From Vermamoeba vermiformis (taxonomy: Eukaryota): a stretch of DNA of 64,000 nt. The notes under the pieces are model-generated. The model was not told the DNA's origin. It ran no database searches and saw only the letters and a list, made by a program, of their open reading frames with translations. The translations under genes and the position numbers were made by a program. The stretch is from NCBI GenBank assembly GCA_045837725.1, contig JBEWZL010000219.1, positions 62,001 through 126,000 on the forward strand. Reading direction: 5' to 3'. Position 1 is the stretch's first letter, and the number at the start of each line of letters is the position of its first letter. This document shows, piece after piece, positions 12,692-24,951 of this stretch.

Positions 12692-13607
12692 ATTGAATCA
12701 TTAAACTTAGTATTCACCCTTGGTAGTGAATAGCATTTACTGTCCAAACTGATTCGTATCTGAATTCAAACAGATTTGGTTTAATTAGGAAATCTTGCGC
12801 CAATTCACAAGGAAAACGAGACCGACAATTCGAATCACAAACCGTAAAAACATGAATCAAACAACAATACACGCATAATTTTTATTTCATTTAACACTAC
12901 TCAAGTGGCACCAACGGGTCTATATCAATTTTCCAGCGGAGCAGTTGATTCCAGCAAAAACTCACTGATCCGTCCGCTAAAATGAGCATTCAAGGCACTG
13001 TTGCCGAAAAAGAAAGGTAAAAATACTACTACTTTTCCATACGAAGAAAAATCATTCGCTTCAGTGTGATGATATTCGTCGGTTGGAAAATTTGATCTGA
13101 ATAATTTAATTAATATACGAACAGCCGGCACAGCAACAAAAGCACACGCACCCAGAGCCCGGTAGCTTGTCCTCACGATGAAGGCCTTGGAGGACACGTG
13201 CAAAACAGGACAGATAGGAGCTGATCGCTTGCACACCATTTTGCCATGGAGTAGTTGAACGCTGTCTGAGATGCGCAATTTCACCCTGCCCGTAATATCA
13301 AGGTCGATTTATTTTGGGGAGTGTCGATTATAGTGAATGGTAGAAAGAAGAAAAAAAGAAAAGAGATAGGGAAGAGAATAGGGTTAATAAAATAAGAAAG
13401 AATACTAGGAAAGCCGGGAATACACCACAAGACCTAAGGTCGGGTAAACAAATCAAAAGGGAGGAAAGTGGAAACAAAATTAATTCCAGGAGTTGATTGG
13501 CAGGTGACTCCAAATTTTACAGTAACTATTGTTTCGCTATATTCAGCGTTGCAAAATAATCATACTTCAATTATACTAGGCTGTTAGTGTCCTCAGGAGG
13601 CTTCGGA

Positions 13608-15398
13608 ATGAATTACGAAGAGCTTGACAAACGGCAATGTTACTTCCCGCGAAGATATTGTTTGATCATTCTCACTTTCTTTGGCTTATTTTTGGCTTAC
13701 TTGTATCGCGTAATATTAAGTGTTTGTATTATTCCAATATCTTCGGTAAGTGCTAATATTTCACCGTTATGTAGCGTGTTTATTCAATTTAGATCTAATT
13801 TTTCAACTTTAGGAATTCGGTTACGATGATTCAATCAAGGGCATTATGCTATCATCATTTTTCTGGGGATATATTGTAACACAAGTGCCTGGCGGTTATT
13901 TAGCTCAAAGTAAATTCGGCGCGAAAAAAACGATTGGATGTGGCTTGCTCATCGCATCAGTCTTCACTATGATCACCCCATTCGCGGCATATAATAAAAT
14001 GCTACTACTTGCAGCGAGAGTATTCACTGGTACGTAAAATCGAGTTTGTACGAGGTGACGGCCGTACAATTCTCGATGACAGGTGTCAAAATAAATGTCA
14101 TACTGACCCGCATGTCTGAACAGGACTTGGCGAAGGAGTTGTCTACCCCTGCACACATCATATTATGGCTCGATGGCTGCCCCCTAAAGAGCGTGGAATG
14201 TGCGTGCAATTTCTCTTGAATATTTCGTACTAATTTTTTTCAGTGTCGGTGTAGCGTACAGCGGAAGCAACGTGGGAACTGCGGCTGCCATGGTACTAAC
14301 GAATTCACTGATAACTTGATAATACAAGATAAAATATTGATCTTATTGCAGTTCTTCTCGCCGTTCATTATCCGAGACTATCACTGGCAGTCAGTGTTTT
14401 TCATCAGCGGTGGCGCAGGTCTGATTTGGTGCACGTTTTGGTTCCTGTTCGTTCATGAAACACCTGAATCTCACTTGAAGAAGTACGTGCCAGTCAAACT
14501 AAGCACGTGTCATTAACCTTCATGTTCATAGGACCGAAGCCACGTGCTTGCCAATCTCCGTGTTGGAAGTACGCAAGATTAACGAAGAACTGCCGTTGAA
14601 TTTGAACGAGAAGTCGAGCAAAAAGATTCCTTGGGCTGGATTCTTCTCTTCAGGCGCTGTTTGGGCCATTATCATTGCGTACTTCACGCAAGCCTGGGGC
14701 TTTTACGTGCTGTTGACGTGGCTCCCGACGTACATGAAGCAGAAACACAACTTGAAAATTGAAGACGCTGGCTTCTATAGTCTATTGCCGTTCTTGGGCC
14801 TTTCATTCAGTGTTCCTATTTTTGGCAAATTAGGTACGAAAAGAATACCCTCGACAAGGTCAACATCCAACTTACATTTAAACCTTTAGCGGACTTTTTG
14901 TACAATAAGAAGGTGATGAGCAAATTAGCGGTGCGCAAGATCATTTCAAGCACTCGGTGAATTCGGTCCAGCGCTGTTTTTGTTCTTGATTGGACTGCTC
15001 GAACCTCCAACAGGCCTCTCCGTGCTATTTATGGTAATAACACACTAGTCATAGCTAATTATATCATTCTAACGCTCTACTCTAGACAATTGCAGTGACC
15101 ATGGCTGGTTGGCAGATGGGCGGTGTGAACGTCAATCACATAGATTTGAGCCCTAAATACGCCGGACTGCTATTAGGGTACGACGAGCTGATTATAAATG
15201 GATTCGTATTAACATATTCATAGTATATCTAATACTGCTGGAACGTTGCCTGGTATTTTTGGTGTTGGTCTGACAGGCTTCATCTTGGATGCGACAGATC
15301 AATCGTGGCCCACAGTGTTCTGGCTGGCTGCTGGCATCTATTCGGTCGGAGCAGTTTTCTATATAATAATGGCCAAAGCTAAAGTAACGTTTGTGTAG
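13608..15398 (+). CDS. MFS anion:cation symporter, SLC17/sialin-like; multi-exon; apparent +1 indel at ~14943
   Basis: LSSFFWGYIVTQVPGGYLA, GLGEGVVYP, FYVLLTWLPTYM, NHIDLSPKYAGLLLG, SNTAGTLPG. A short upstream exon from ATG 13271 is possible. Confidence 0.9.
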
Positions 15399-15564
15399 AA
15401 TAGAAGTACTAATGTAAAATAAACTGCGGAAGTAAAAACAAATGATTCGATCATTGACTCAAACCCCATTTACATAAAAAAATACACTATATACAACACG
15501 CTAATGCTGCTATTGCTTCGCGTCGCGTTCGTTGCCTTGGAGTCGGTTGAATGGCTGGAACTGG

Positions 15565-15977
15565 CTATTCCAGGGCAGGCTGAGCAGCGTCAAGGTACTT
15601 CTGCACTTCAGGATCGATGCGACGGCAGTTGATTGCAGTAGTAGAGCATCTAAAACCGACTTCTTCGATAAAATCGATCGCAGAATACAGCTTAGATTGG
15701 AGGCAAATGATAGCTGCTCTTTGACCCGCGATCTCTTCTTTCAGAGCCTTATTCTCCCTACAACACGCGATTAGATTACGTACGCTACCACTACCCTAGT
15801 ACTTACTCTTCTAGGTTACGCCTCCTCAGGTCAGCATTCTCTGCCATCAGTTGCGCAACTAAATTGCTCAGTTGATCCGCGAGGCGATCTGAAATTGTTT
15901 TAGGAATAAGGACGCTAATTAAGACGACCACATATGTACGTACCCCTTATGATTGTTTCGGCCTTTGTCAAGGACAT
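15565..15977 (-). CDS. Small (~100 aa) coiled-coil protein, 3 exons, absent from the ORF track
   Basis: Splicing two GT-AG introns gives MSLTKAETIIRDRLADQLSNLVAQLMAENADLRRRNLEEENKALKEEIAGQRAAIICLQSKLYSAIDFIEEVGFRCSTTAINCRRIDPEVQKYLDAAQPALE*. Confidence 0.75.
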
Positions 15978-16876
15978 TGTGTTGTAGATTGTTAGTTGTG
16001 GTTGTAGTGTACGTAAAATTGAAAAAACAGACAAAATTTTCTTTTATTTTTTTTTATCAACTTTATTTTTTGTAACCAGCCAATCCTTTCAGTCCGGTTC
16101 CCGCCATGGTCATAACGGCTACAAAACGGTAGAAAACGTTTTAGACTTCGGCGGGAACATTGTTTTTTGGCAAGCTGTGTATCGTTAGAGAATATCGCTA
16201 GATCCGCTATTCCAATGCTGAATTATGAAATTATTCTAGCTATGATATCCGTATCGAAGAATGACGTTGAATCTCCAGTAAACTAGTCAGGTTTTATCGA
16301 GTTCCTTGTTTCGGATTTGAGACTGTATGGTCTTGAATCTTCATAATACTCATAATGGTTGGGACATATGCTATGTGCATACATAATAATAGGTATTTCG
16401 CCACCGTTAGTCCATTTTCAACTGGTCAAACAATTTCAAAAGCTGCGGATCGCGAAGTTTCGACAATTTCGAAATAATTAAGTTAGCACCAATTATTATG
16501 CACCCTATACGCTAGTGAACATTCCGAACATTTTTGTCCTTAGAATTAACGAACTTTCCAGAATTTAAAATTATGAAAACAAATTTGAAAAATGATGGCC
16601 AATGTTAGCGCCGGCAATTTCCATGGGAGAGCAACGGTATTTTATCGTTGACTAAAATTTTGCGAAGGGACAGAGTCCTCCCCGGCATTTCGCTACTCGC
16701 CGGCAAGCTCGCTCGCCGAACAGGGAGATCAACCGATCTTGCGGTCGCCGTTGGAATGTAAAGCATGCCATTCGGCACTACCAGCAGCTCGATTTAGAAG
16801 TACAAAAGACAAAGTTTTAATCAAAGCGTAGTAATCAAAAATAAATAATTGAGCAAGGGACAAAAACGTAACGCGG

Positions 16877-19800
16877 TTAGTTGACCATAGTGCTGGCACG
16901 AGGAGAAGCCTTGCTGCCTCCCTCCTTGACACGAATGTAGTAGGCACCTTTGGCAGCCTTGAAGGACTCGATCCATTCCTATCCATTGCATTAGTACGGC
17001 TACGCGTGGTGGTGAACCCGTGGACTTACAGTTCGGGATTGAGCGTCATCAGCGACCAAGAAGTAGACACGGTTGTCGCTGTCAGGGCAACGAATCTCAA
17101 AGCCGTGCTTGAGCGACTTCTCGCCTGATCGGGCCACAGACTCTTTCTCGTCGAGCTCGGCGAAGGTTGCAGTCACGAGGTAGATCGAGCCAGCAGGGTG
17201 AGCCAAGTTCTGTTGTCCGTTAGTATGAAGTCTTGAGACGTATGTCAAGGGCTACTGTACCTGAGCGTCCTTGCCCTTGAAGTAGAGCAAGTATTCACCA
17301 CGCAAGACGAACCAGCGCTTTTGCATCTTGCCACCAGAGTTACCCTTCTTAACCAAGAAGCCTTGTCGCTCCATGGTCAACATACCCTTGCGCAACTTCT
17401 CCTCACGTTCCATGCACTCGCGCAAGAGTTTCTTCAAGTTCTCGATTTCAGCCAAGTAGTTCTTTTCTTTGTCATCAAAGGTCTTGACGAGTACAGCCTT
17501 TTGCTCTTCAGTTTGAATAACAATCTGAATTCAGGTGTGAGTAAAATGACACTTTTTGCACGTGTCAAGTGACAGCTTTACCTTTCTGATGCTCGCTTGC
17601 TTTTCTTCTTGATCAGCGACCTTAGCCTTCTCGAAGGTCTGCTTAGTCAATTCAATCTCAGCTTTCAACTTCTGGATCTCGTCTTTGTCTTTCAGCTGAT
17701 TAAACAAGTCAGTTTCAGTACCCTACAACTTTAATAATAAAGAGTCCCATACCTCTTGTTCGCGTGCAGTACGCTTGACGACCTCGAGCTTTTCTTCCTC
17801 TGCAAGTAAAAAGCGTTTGTTAACTGCCTACTATTACCAAATAATGCATTGAAAGTACCTTGTTCGGAGTGCTGTTTGAGCGCGAGTTCCTTCTCAGCCA
17901 TCAACTCGGCCTTCATTGCTTGCATGCGCTGTTCAAACTCAAAGTTGAGTCGCTCCAATTCCTTCTTGTGGTTGTTAATTGCCTCTTTGCTCTCGCGCTC
18001 CATTTGTTCGATTTTCTGTTGGTGCTCGCGCTTCAACTGTTGCTCTTCGCTCAACAACGTTTCAATGCTCAAAATCTTGCGCGTGAACTCTTCATCGACT
18101 TGTTTCATTTGCAATTGATAATTGAGCATTAAAGTCTTATTTTCTTCTTCTAATTGCGTGATGCGTTCTTTCAACTTCAAAATTTCATCGCGTTCACCCA
18201 TGTCAGGGAATCTCAAGAACAATGTAGCGACAAAAGCCAACAAGAGACGACCGTTGCCCTAATTTTAGAACCGTTAGAAATTAGTTTAAATTTTAGGTCA
18301 TTCGATCTGAAACTAAAACTATCGCAAAAGTATTTGTTTACCTTGTGAACGTCTTGTGCAGTGACGAATTTTCTGCAACCGATTTTATCAGCATTTTGCA
18401 ACACTGCTTCGGCACGCTTGGGCAGGTCAGTTTCTGTGAGCGGTCCCAAGTCGCAGTTTTCAGGGGACAGTTGGTTCATCAAATACGTCAAGGCTTCACC
18501 ATTCTATTGAGGTTATAGTCAGTAATAAAACAACTAATCGTAAGTAATTGCCATCCGAAGAAACAAGTTGAACTGGATCCAGATGTAAAGTACCGCTTGA
18601 AATTTCCAGCGGTGTATATAAGGTTATAATTGTACAAATACGCAGTTACGTGATACTATAGACTTACTTGCAAGTCAGTGCTGAAGTTAGTGACGACAGT
18701 GCTGTAATTGGCCTTGGTCAAATGGTAGTTCATCCAGCGCAACAAGAGCTGCTCTGGCGGCATGCCCATGCTGTCACCGAACAACGAGGCGACTTTAGTC
18801 AACAAACCGACCTAATAATGAATCATAGTTAGCAAAATTGTGGGTGAATCCGGTTTTGTAACGAGCTGGATCTCCATGTGAACTATTCTATTTTGACAAT
18901 GCTGTCTCTTCAACTGTTAAACTATCATATAAACAATATAATATCGATGAACTGATGATAAACTAAGGAATGCAAGCTTGCGAGTGAGGTTGAAAGGTCA
19001 TACTTACTCGAACAACTTGCCAAAGAACACCCATCGTCAAATGAGGCTGCAATTATGTTAGTATACAATCACTTGCATAATGTAATCATATTAACGAGCG
19101 TAAATGAGCGGCACTTACAGTTCCATCAACGAGATCTTGTCCACCGATGTTTACGATATTGCAACCAAGCTTTTTAGCACCTTCAAGAACCATCTATATG
19201 AACAAACATACATTAGTAAGCATATGAATACTACCACTTCATTTTAGACACGTGTACGTGTACGCTTTCTGTTTTCCTTCATACACAAAACAACGATTGA
19301 TTGTACACGAATCAAAATAAGGAAAATAATCCTTGCAATAATTGAAGCGAAAGCAATATTATGAATTGTATTCATACCTGTTGGTTCTGCAACATTTTAA
19401 AGATTTTCTGATCTGAGCTAAAATCGGTGTTGAGCTTTTCGATAGGGATAGTACCAGGCTTAATGGCATCAATAACGCGTCTATAATCATGAACAAACAA
19501 GATTAGCGTTCGAACATATTAAATTGCAACGGTGACCGATAATTTTAAACTTGTGCATCCCCGAGAAATTTGACTTAATGCAATAGTTTATCGGTATAAA
19601 TACTATTGCTATAATGTTTACTATTACTTACGCTAAAATAGTGCCGTCTTTTGTCTTTTCAAAGATCGCGTCACTTCGTGAGTCGACGGCAGCATTAATT
19701 TCAGAGTTAATATACTCGACAATGCCTGCAAAAATATATCATTAGTATGACCGTACATTATATTATTTAAATTATTCGTAGTTCATTGCAAGCGACTCGT

Positions 19801-20148
19801 ATTGACGTCGTTTGACAGGATTTCGTTCGCAGTTTCGAATACGTATTTTATGCTTGTTATTACGTCTAATATATTCCAAATTATATTAACAATTACTTGC
19901 ATCACAAATATTTCAATAAGAAGCAGGGGATTAATAATTGAAAGATAATTTAGTAACGGCCAAAGGTGTCAAACAGAATGATTTTTAATTTTATAAATTA
20001 TCGTATAGTATGAAAACTAGTGTTATGAAATGTACTAATTACACGTCAAGTTAGGCAAATTATTTTGTATAAGATAAAAAAATGATTCGAATCCCAAAAG
20101 CTTACCCATTTTCTCGGCCTCAGAGATGTTATGCTTGCTGTCACCCAT
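16877..20148 (-). CDS. Fimbrin/plastin-type actin-binding domain (2 CH) + coiled coil + C-terminal PH domain protein; multi-exon
   Basis: AKKLGCNIVNIGGQDLVDG, LWQVVRVGLL, PPEQLLLRWMNYHL, VTNFSTDLQ, ADKIGCRKFVTAQDV, LAFVATLF; E/K/Q-rich coiled coil; RQGFLVKKGNSGGKMQKRWFVLRGEYLLYFK...EWIESF. Confidence 0.88.
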
Positions 20149-20744
20149 CTTGTATTGGTTCAATAGTGCTTTGTGGTGCAGTAGAGCAAATAGAGATTTA
20201 AACCGAAAGAAATTTTGGATCTGTCAAAAAATCATCAAATCTTTGAGGATTTGCTTGCAAAAGACACCACATTCCTATAGTATCAACACTATAAGTTGAC
20301 TCGTATCTAGCTGCTGCTGTAACCAGAATGCTACTGCGCAGGACAATCTGAATTCATCCACAACTTTTCATAAACCAAACGTTAGCCGAATTGATATTTG
20401 TATGTTAATTAAATTCTTAAAATAATAATTATATCTTATTAATTACAAGGCGCGAATAAATTAATTTAAAAGCGTAGGTACGGAAGTTTTTCGAACGTGA
20501 AAAGTAACGCGTTACTTCAGACCTGAAATATGCTTACCTTAAAGTTAAAGGTGTTACGCCGAAACATGGCTACGTACATTAAAGGTTGTTATGGTACACC
20601 ACTGTAGCGCACGGAAAAAAATTTCGTACTACCGCCGCCATTGTTTCTATCCAAAACAATAATCTCGTGTTTGGAGATTGAGGGTTATATTTACAATTAA
20701 ACAATTCACAGCACTATTTGTACAAGCAGTTGAACACCAATGAC

Positions 20745-22163
20745 TTATTTGTCGCTATTTGGTGCTCTGAAGCTGAAGTTATGTTCGCCACTGAAGAAAG
20801 ACGGCTTAGGCGGCGAGCCAATTAGTCTATCATCATCACTGTAAATAAAAATACATTAATATCATACTACAATGCTATTAAACGTCGTTTTGAGCGCAGA
20901 TCCACTTACATCCGTGCATTCCAATTGCTTTTACTGCCACTCAGTCTCCTATCCTTCTTGATCCTATAAACATTGTCCGTAGTGTTCATACTAGCGTCAT
21001 TAGGTCCGGCATTATTGAGTGCTTGACTGCTACTTGATAGTAACGAAGATAAAGCGCTGTAAGTGCCAGATCCGTATGTACTCGGGCTTGTTGAATACGA
21101 ACTCACGGCAGTAGGTGAGCTTAATATGTTGCTATTTAGATTATTATTGTAACTAGAGTAACTCGTCATCGTGCCACTCAATGCTGGCGAGGCATTCATG
21201 AGAGTTCTGTTAATGACGCGATCGAGGAAGTGTTGGATGCGATGTAAACTGTCTGAGCCTTGCTTGAAGGTATTAACGTCCTTGCTGCTCTGTATTATAT
21301 AGCGGTAAGTACAAGCTAGTCCAATTACGAACTGAGTGGTTGAGCCTTGGATCAATCGAAGCCCGATCACATCCAGATTTCGCTTACCAAGACTAATGAA
21401 TCTGTTTTGCTGCCTGATTCGTCTGCCTGATTATCACTTAGCTACAAAAGAACCGTATTACTATCATAGAACCAATAAGAAACCTATAGCAATGCACTTA
21501 CAGTTTTGTCGGAGGCCAGATCGCACTTGTTTCCAACAATGAGCATAGGAATGCTAGAGCTGCCTTGAGAGGACTGCAGAAATGATGTAGTGCCATAGTC
21601 TCGCGACTTGCTCTCGCGTGAAATGGATCTGTTTCGTTTCGCAGCTTTGTTTTTTTGTGCCGTGATCTCTTTGTACCACGACTTTAAATGTTCAAAAGAC
21701 TTCTTATTAGCGAGGTCGTGGACTAATATAACACCTATAGAGGTCTATTAGCACCAAATTGAATTAGATGTCGAATTTTCTTACCATCAATATCTTTGTA
21801 AAATACGTATCGTGAGTGTTCGTAGCGCTGCGAGCCACCAATATCGACAAATTCTACGAAATATTCTTTGTTTTGAAAGGTGTGCATCTGCAACAAATAA
21901 AGAAATATTATTAAAATGTTTGACACGTTTTAAAATTTCATCAAGCAAGCTAATTCATAAATAAATAATATGCGGAGTAATAAATGCACTGCTTAAATTT
22001 TTAAAATTAATTTGGATTTTTCGCTGCTTACGTAGACTTCCAGATTGCAACCAACAGTCCAGTTGCTCTTTTTAAGCACCTGTCCGTGACATAATAAATT
22101 CAAGAAGCATGTCTTGCCCACTCCTGTATCTCCTGCAACGATAATTCGAACCTTGTCGCTCAT
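20745..22163 (-). CDS. RABL3: Rab-like protein 3 small GTPase with low-complexity C-terminal extension
   Basis: VRIIVAGDTGVGKT, WTVGCNLEV, FVEFVDIGGSQRYEHSRYVFY, VHDLANKKSFEHLKSWY. Confidence 0.85.
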
Positions 22164-22471
22164 CTTGACTGCTGATCCATGAATTGTTCCGTGGGCCTTT
22201 CGTTGATAATATAATGCTTGGCCGCTGATGTCACAGACTTGTTGGTACTTGACTAATACATAATTGTTCGCAAAATTTCGTTTTTTGGTTGGACCCTCGA
22301 TCAGCCCGCTTTTTTGGGGAGCGAACGATTTAAAAATATGAACGTTACAGAGCGAGAAACAACAACGAGGACGATTATATACAAGTTTTAGAGACAAACA
22401 AGGATCACCTTATGCACCAACATTAACATTTAGAGCTGTATTGAGGTATTGATCAAGAACTTAGATTTGAA

Positions 22472-24834
22472 ATGGAAGACGACAAAACAGAAGAAAAAGG
22501 TATGTATTGGTATTTAGTGATTATATAGAGACATGATAAGGCGTAATTGTGCTTGTATGACGCTGTGAATAGTTTTCGGTCAGATTTTAAAAATTCAAAA
22601 AACGGAAAACGGCTAGTAATTGTCTCTCTTTATTTTCCATACTATCAGTCCATTTTCCTATTATATTTGATACACAAATATCGTTTTTTCGGTGAATACC
22701 AAGAAGTAGCTTCTAAAACGATGCTTCGCTGTCTTTTATCGGCTAGATCTCGATCAGCGGTAGTATCGTTGCTACTGATTGGTCTGTTACCGAACCCCTA
22801 TGTTATTTGCATTGTATTTTCGATATTCAATGCCTAAACAATTCACTAGCAGGTTCCGTCGATGAACATAGATCCTCCGTCATCAAGGTACGTTACGTTT
22901 GTTGAACATTACTTTGATATTAAGGTCATATTAAGGACGTGTTCGCTTATTAAATTACTGTTCACGATTAATATCGTTCTGACGCTTTGTTAAAAGCGAG
23001 GCAGATCTAGATGGCCAACAACAAGAGCAAGCAGGGACAAATGGGACAGTAAGCCTCGTCATTCAACGACAGTCTAGTGCCCTCAGCCAATCAGAATCGA
23101 ACATTCCACCACCAACCGATCAACCAGCTACTGCTCTGCCCAATCCGTCGCTGCTGAATCCAACAAACAGTGCCAATACGCGACTGAGTGCCTCCACTGG
23201 CTCCATAACATCTTCACCTACTCGACAGCCGCTCTCACAGATCGGTCAAGAAATAGTAGCTGCGCAACAGTTATTCAATTTGGCGAGTCCCGAGCGGTTA
23301 TTCACGACCACGAGGAGTCCTCAGAAACGCACTTATTCTGCCATGGCTGGCAACAGCGCTACACAATCGCCGAGACGTGTCAAATCAAAGCGTAGTCTAG
23401 ACTTTACAGACGGGTATGATCGATGTTTATTGTCGTTAAGTTAGCTACTCACATTGGATCAACAGTGGTGTTGCATCTCCAGCTGAAGTCAAAAAAGGAC
23501 GATGTTGTAATTGCAAGAACTCTAAATGCCTAAAATTGTAAGTACTGCTATCGATAGCCATACCAGCATGAAAAATCTGATCTCGATCCACATCCAGGTA
23601 CTGCGAGTGTTTCGCGAACAGAGTGTTCTGCAGTGGATGTAACTGCGAGGGTTGTTTCAACACGGAGAGCAACAAGGACATGGTCCAACAGGCCATTCAA
23701 CAAGCGATAGAACGAAATCCCGAGGCATTTAAGCCTAAAATAGAAGTAATGCCAATGGTACGATACACATGTAGGAAATACCTTCATTAACTCCTGTTAA
23801 TATAGAATCCTTTATCACCGACAAAACATCACCGCGGATGCAACTGCAAAAAGACAGCGTGTTTGAAGAAATATTGCGAGTGCTTCTTGCACGGCATTGT
23901 TTGTGGTCCGAACTGCAAGTGTACAGACTGTAAAAATTTTGAAGGCAGTGAAGAGCGCGAACAAGCCATGATCGGCAGTGGCATCGAAGCATCGCCTATG
24001 AAGCGAAAGGTAGATCTCAGTTGTCTATGGTCCAACAAGTTTCTAACCGCTTTATAGGGTGCCAATTATCAATACGCACTCGAACAAGTGTTGGAACAAC
24101 GACCGCCTGACGACTTCACGAGGTAGAAATGATGCGTGTTGAGTTCAATTGTGCTAATGACACGTGTCACAGGGCTATGGCAGAAGTACTCAATTTGGAG
24201 ACAATATGCAAGGCGTGCGAGGACATGTTTGTTGCCGCGAAGACAGAGGCAGTAAATTACCAGAAAGAAGTGTCTAGCCAAGCCAACGAGAAGAACACAG
24301 CGAGTTTATCACGCAGTCAAAACAACTCCGTGAGCGAGCAGTCAACACACGAGAAAAATGGCAAGAACACCAATAACAACAACAGCAGCGCGACGAGTGC
24401 GTTGATGGCAACAACGGAGACGCTTGGCGATGAGGACGAACTCTCCAACTCGTCTTCGGGACATAAAGATGCCTCGAGTGACAGCTCAGCGCACGAGGAT
24501 CGTGTTGTGCCGTACACGAGCAACATGACGCTGTCACCTGCCGACACGTTGTACCTGCGTCAAGAGCGCGTTGTATTTACAGTGCTGAACAATTTCCTGC
24601 GCAATATTATCACGCAGATCGCGCACAAAGGTTCGTCTGAGATCCCAAGATCTTACTTATGTTTACTTACAATGCCGTTTAGAACAAGAAGCTAAGGACC
24701 GAAAAGCGCAACTCGAACAGATAACTAATGGCCGTGTTAAAGACGAAGGTGGTAAAAGTGACGCTGTCATGACGGACGTAGCGGAGCTGCAAGGAGACAA
24801 GCTTTCTGTGAATAATAATGTATCATACGCTTAA
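22472..24834 (+). CDS. LIN54: Tesmin/TSO1/LIN-54 CRC (CXC) domain DNA-binding protein; multi-exon
   Basis: [33 protein letters not shown], hinge [10 protein letters not shown], second [23 protein letters not shown]...CKCTDCKN. Confidence 0.9.
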
Positions 24835-24951
24835 AGAATTTTTACCGATATACTGTTGCTAATATTCAAAACAATTACCAAAAGTATCTTCACGCTCGTG
24901 AGTTAAAAAGCAGCGAAATTCAGATCCAGTCATTTTTTTACTGAACGCACG

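Noticed and set aside
13330-13500. Purine-rich A/G tract and its antisense Leu/Phe-rich ORF
   Set aside because: Low-complexity non-coding sequence (probable 5' intron or UTR of the MFS gene); the ORF is a compositional artefact.
22466-22471. TTTGAA (CHR-like) immediately before the LIN54 ATG, suggesting autoregulation
   Set aside because: A single AT-rich hexamer is common by chance in this genome.
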